DNA from: Mobula hypostoma
Lineage: Eukaryota
DNA length: 64,000 nt
Assembly (NCBI RefSeq): GCF_963921235.1
Contig: NC_086097.1
Location: forward strand, 240,996,001 to 241,060,000
Direction: 5' to 3'
The first letter of the stretch is position 1. Each line of letters begins with the position of its first letter. A model generated the notes under the pieces. The model searched no databases and was not told the DNA's origin. It was given only the letters and a program-made list of their open reading frames with translations. Shown one piece after another: positions 63,215-64,000 of this stretch. The position numbers and the translations under genes are program-made.

Positions 63215-63440
63215 CGGCATGGTAGAGTATCGATCAGGGTTCAATTCCCACCGCTGTCTGTAAGGAGTTTGTACGTTCTCCCCGTGACCACATGGGTTTC
63301 CTCCAGATGCTCTAGTTTCCTCCCACAATCCGAAGACATACTTTAATTGGCCATTGTAAATTGTCCTGTAATTAGGCTGGGATTAAATCGGGGGATTGCT
63401 CGATGGGCTGAAAGGGCCTATTCTGTGCTGCATGTCAATA
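63215..63440 (+). mobile_element. V-domain SINE among degraded CR1 fragments (62850-64000)
   Basis: GGCGGCATGG head, GGTTCAATTCCC B box and V-domain. Confidence 0.7.
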
Positions 63441-64000
63441 AATTTTAAAAATCAGTAAATTAGGGTTAGTAAAATGTGAGCTTGTTATGTTGGTACCATC
63501 AACTGACACTTGTGGGCTGCCCCGGCACATCCCCAGATTGTGTTGGTCGGTGATGCAAACACCGCATTTCACTGTTCATTTCCATGTACATGTGACAAAT
63601 AATGCTAATCTTTTTCTGAGATAGCACAGTCCCATTATGAGAAGTTAGGTCTGGTTTCCTTGGAGTGGGGGAAGTTAAGACAAGACATGACTGAGGTGTA
63701 TATAAAATTATGAGAAGTATAGATAGAATAGACTGTTGAAAACTTTTAAAGCGAGAGGACGTAGATTTATGGTAAGGGGGGAGAGTTTTAGAGAGGATAC
63801 GACAAGGGTTGCGTTCATGTAGAGAGTGATAAGTACTGTGAGTACACTGCCTGAGAGAGTGGTTGAAGCTGGATCACTCACAGTATTTAAGAAGTGTCTA
63901 GATGAGCACTTGAATCACTTAGGTATAGGCTATAGACCAAGTGCTGGGAGACAGGAATTAATATGTAAGAGTCCTCGCTGGTGTGTGTGAACGAGTTGGG

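Overview
Repeat-dense vertebrate genomic DNA, not prokaryotic. The mix of CR1, V-domain SINEs, Penelope and Rex1 repeats points to a cartilaginous fish, probably a ray (inference). The only host gene I can see is a TRPS1-family zinc-finger transcription factor on the minus strand, with two coding exons at 60665..59503 and 58298..57698. Both have canonical AG/GT sites and compatible phases. Positions 1..57697 appear to be the long intron before the GATA-finger exon, which I did not find in this window. That intron holds one intact full-length CR1 LINE (4540..8727) nested in an older CR1. It also holds many CR1, Rex1 and RTE fragments, SINEs, MITEs, an R4/Dong fragment containing a solo LTR, and Penelope-like elements (PLEs). 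Main signals: (1) the intact CR1 has no usable ORF2 start codon, but has a correctly phased U_UUA_AAC slippery heptamer directly before the ORF1 stop; the same motif occurs in a divergent CR1 here, suggesting ORF2 is made by programmed -1 ribosomal frameshifting; (2) a ~420-bp non-autonomous RTE-type family whose copies start exactly at P1 of an HDV-like ribozyme fold; (3) Penelope ends with minimal hammerhead motifs, inserted as TSD-flanked inverted pairs. All calls were made by eye, so repeat boundaries are approximate unless a TSD is quoted.
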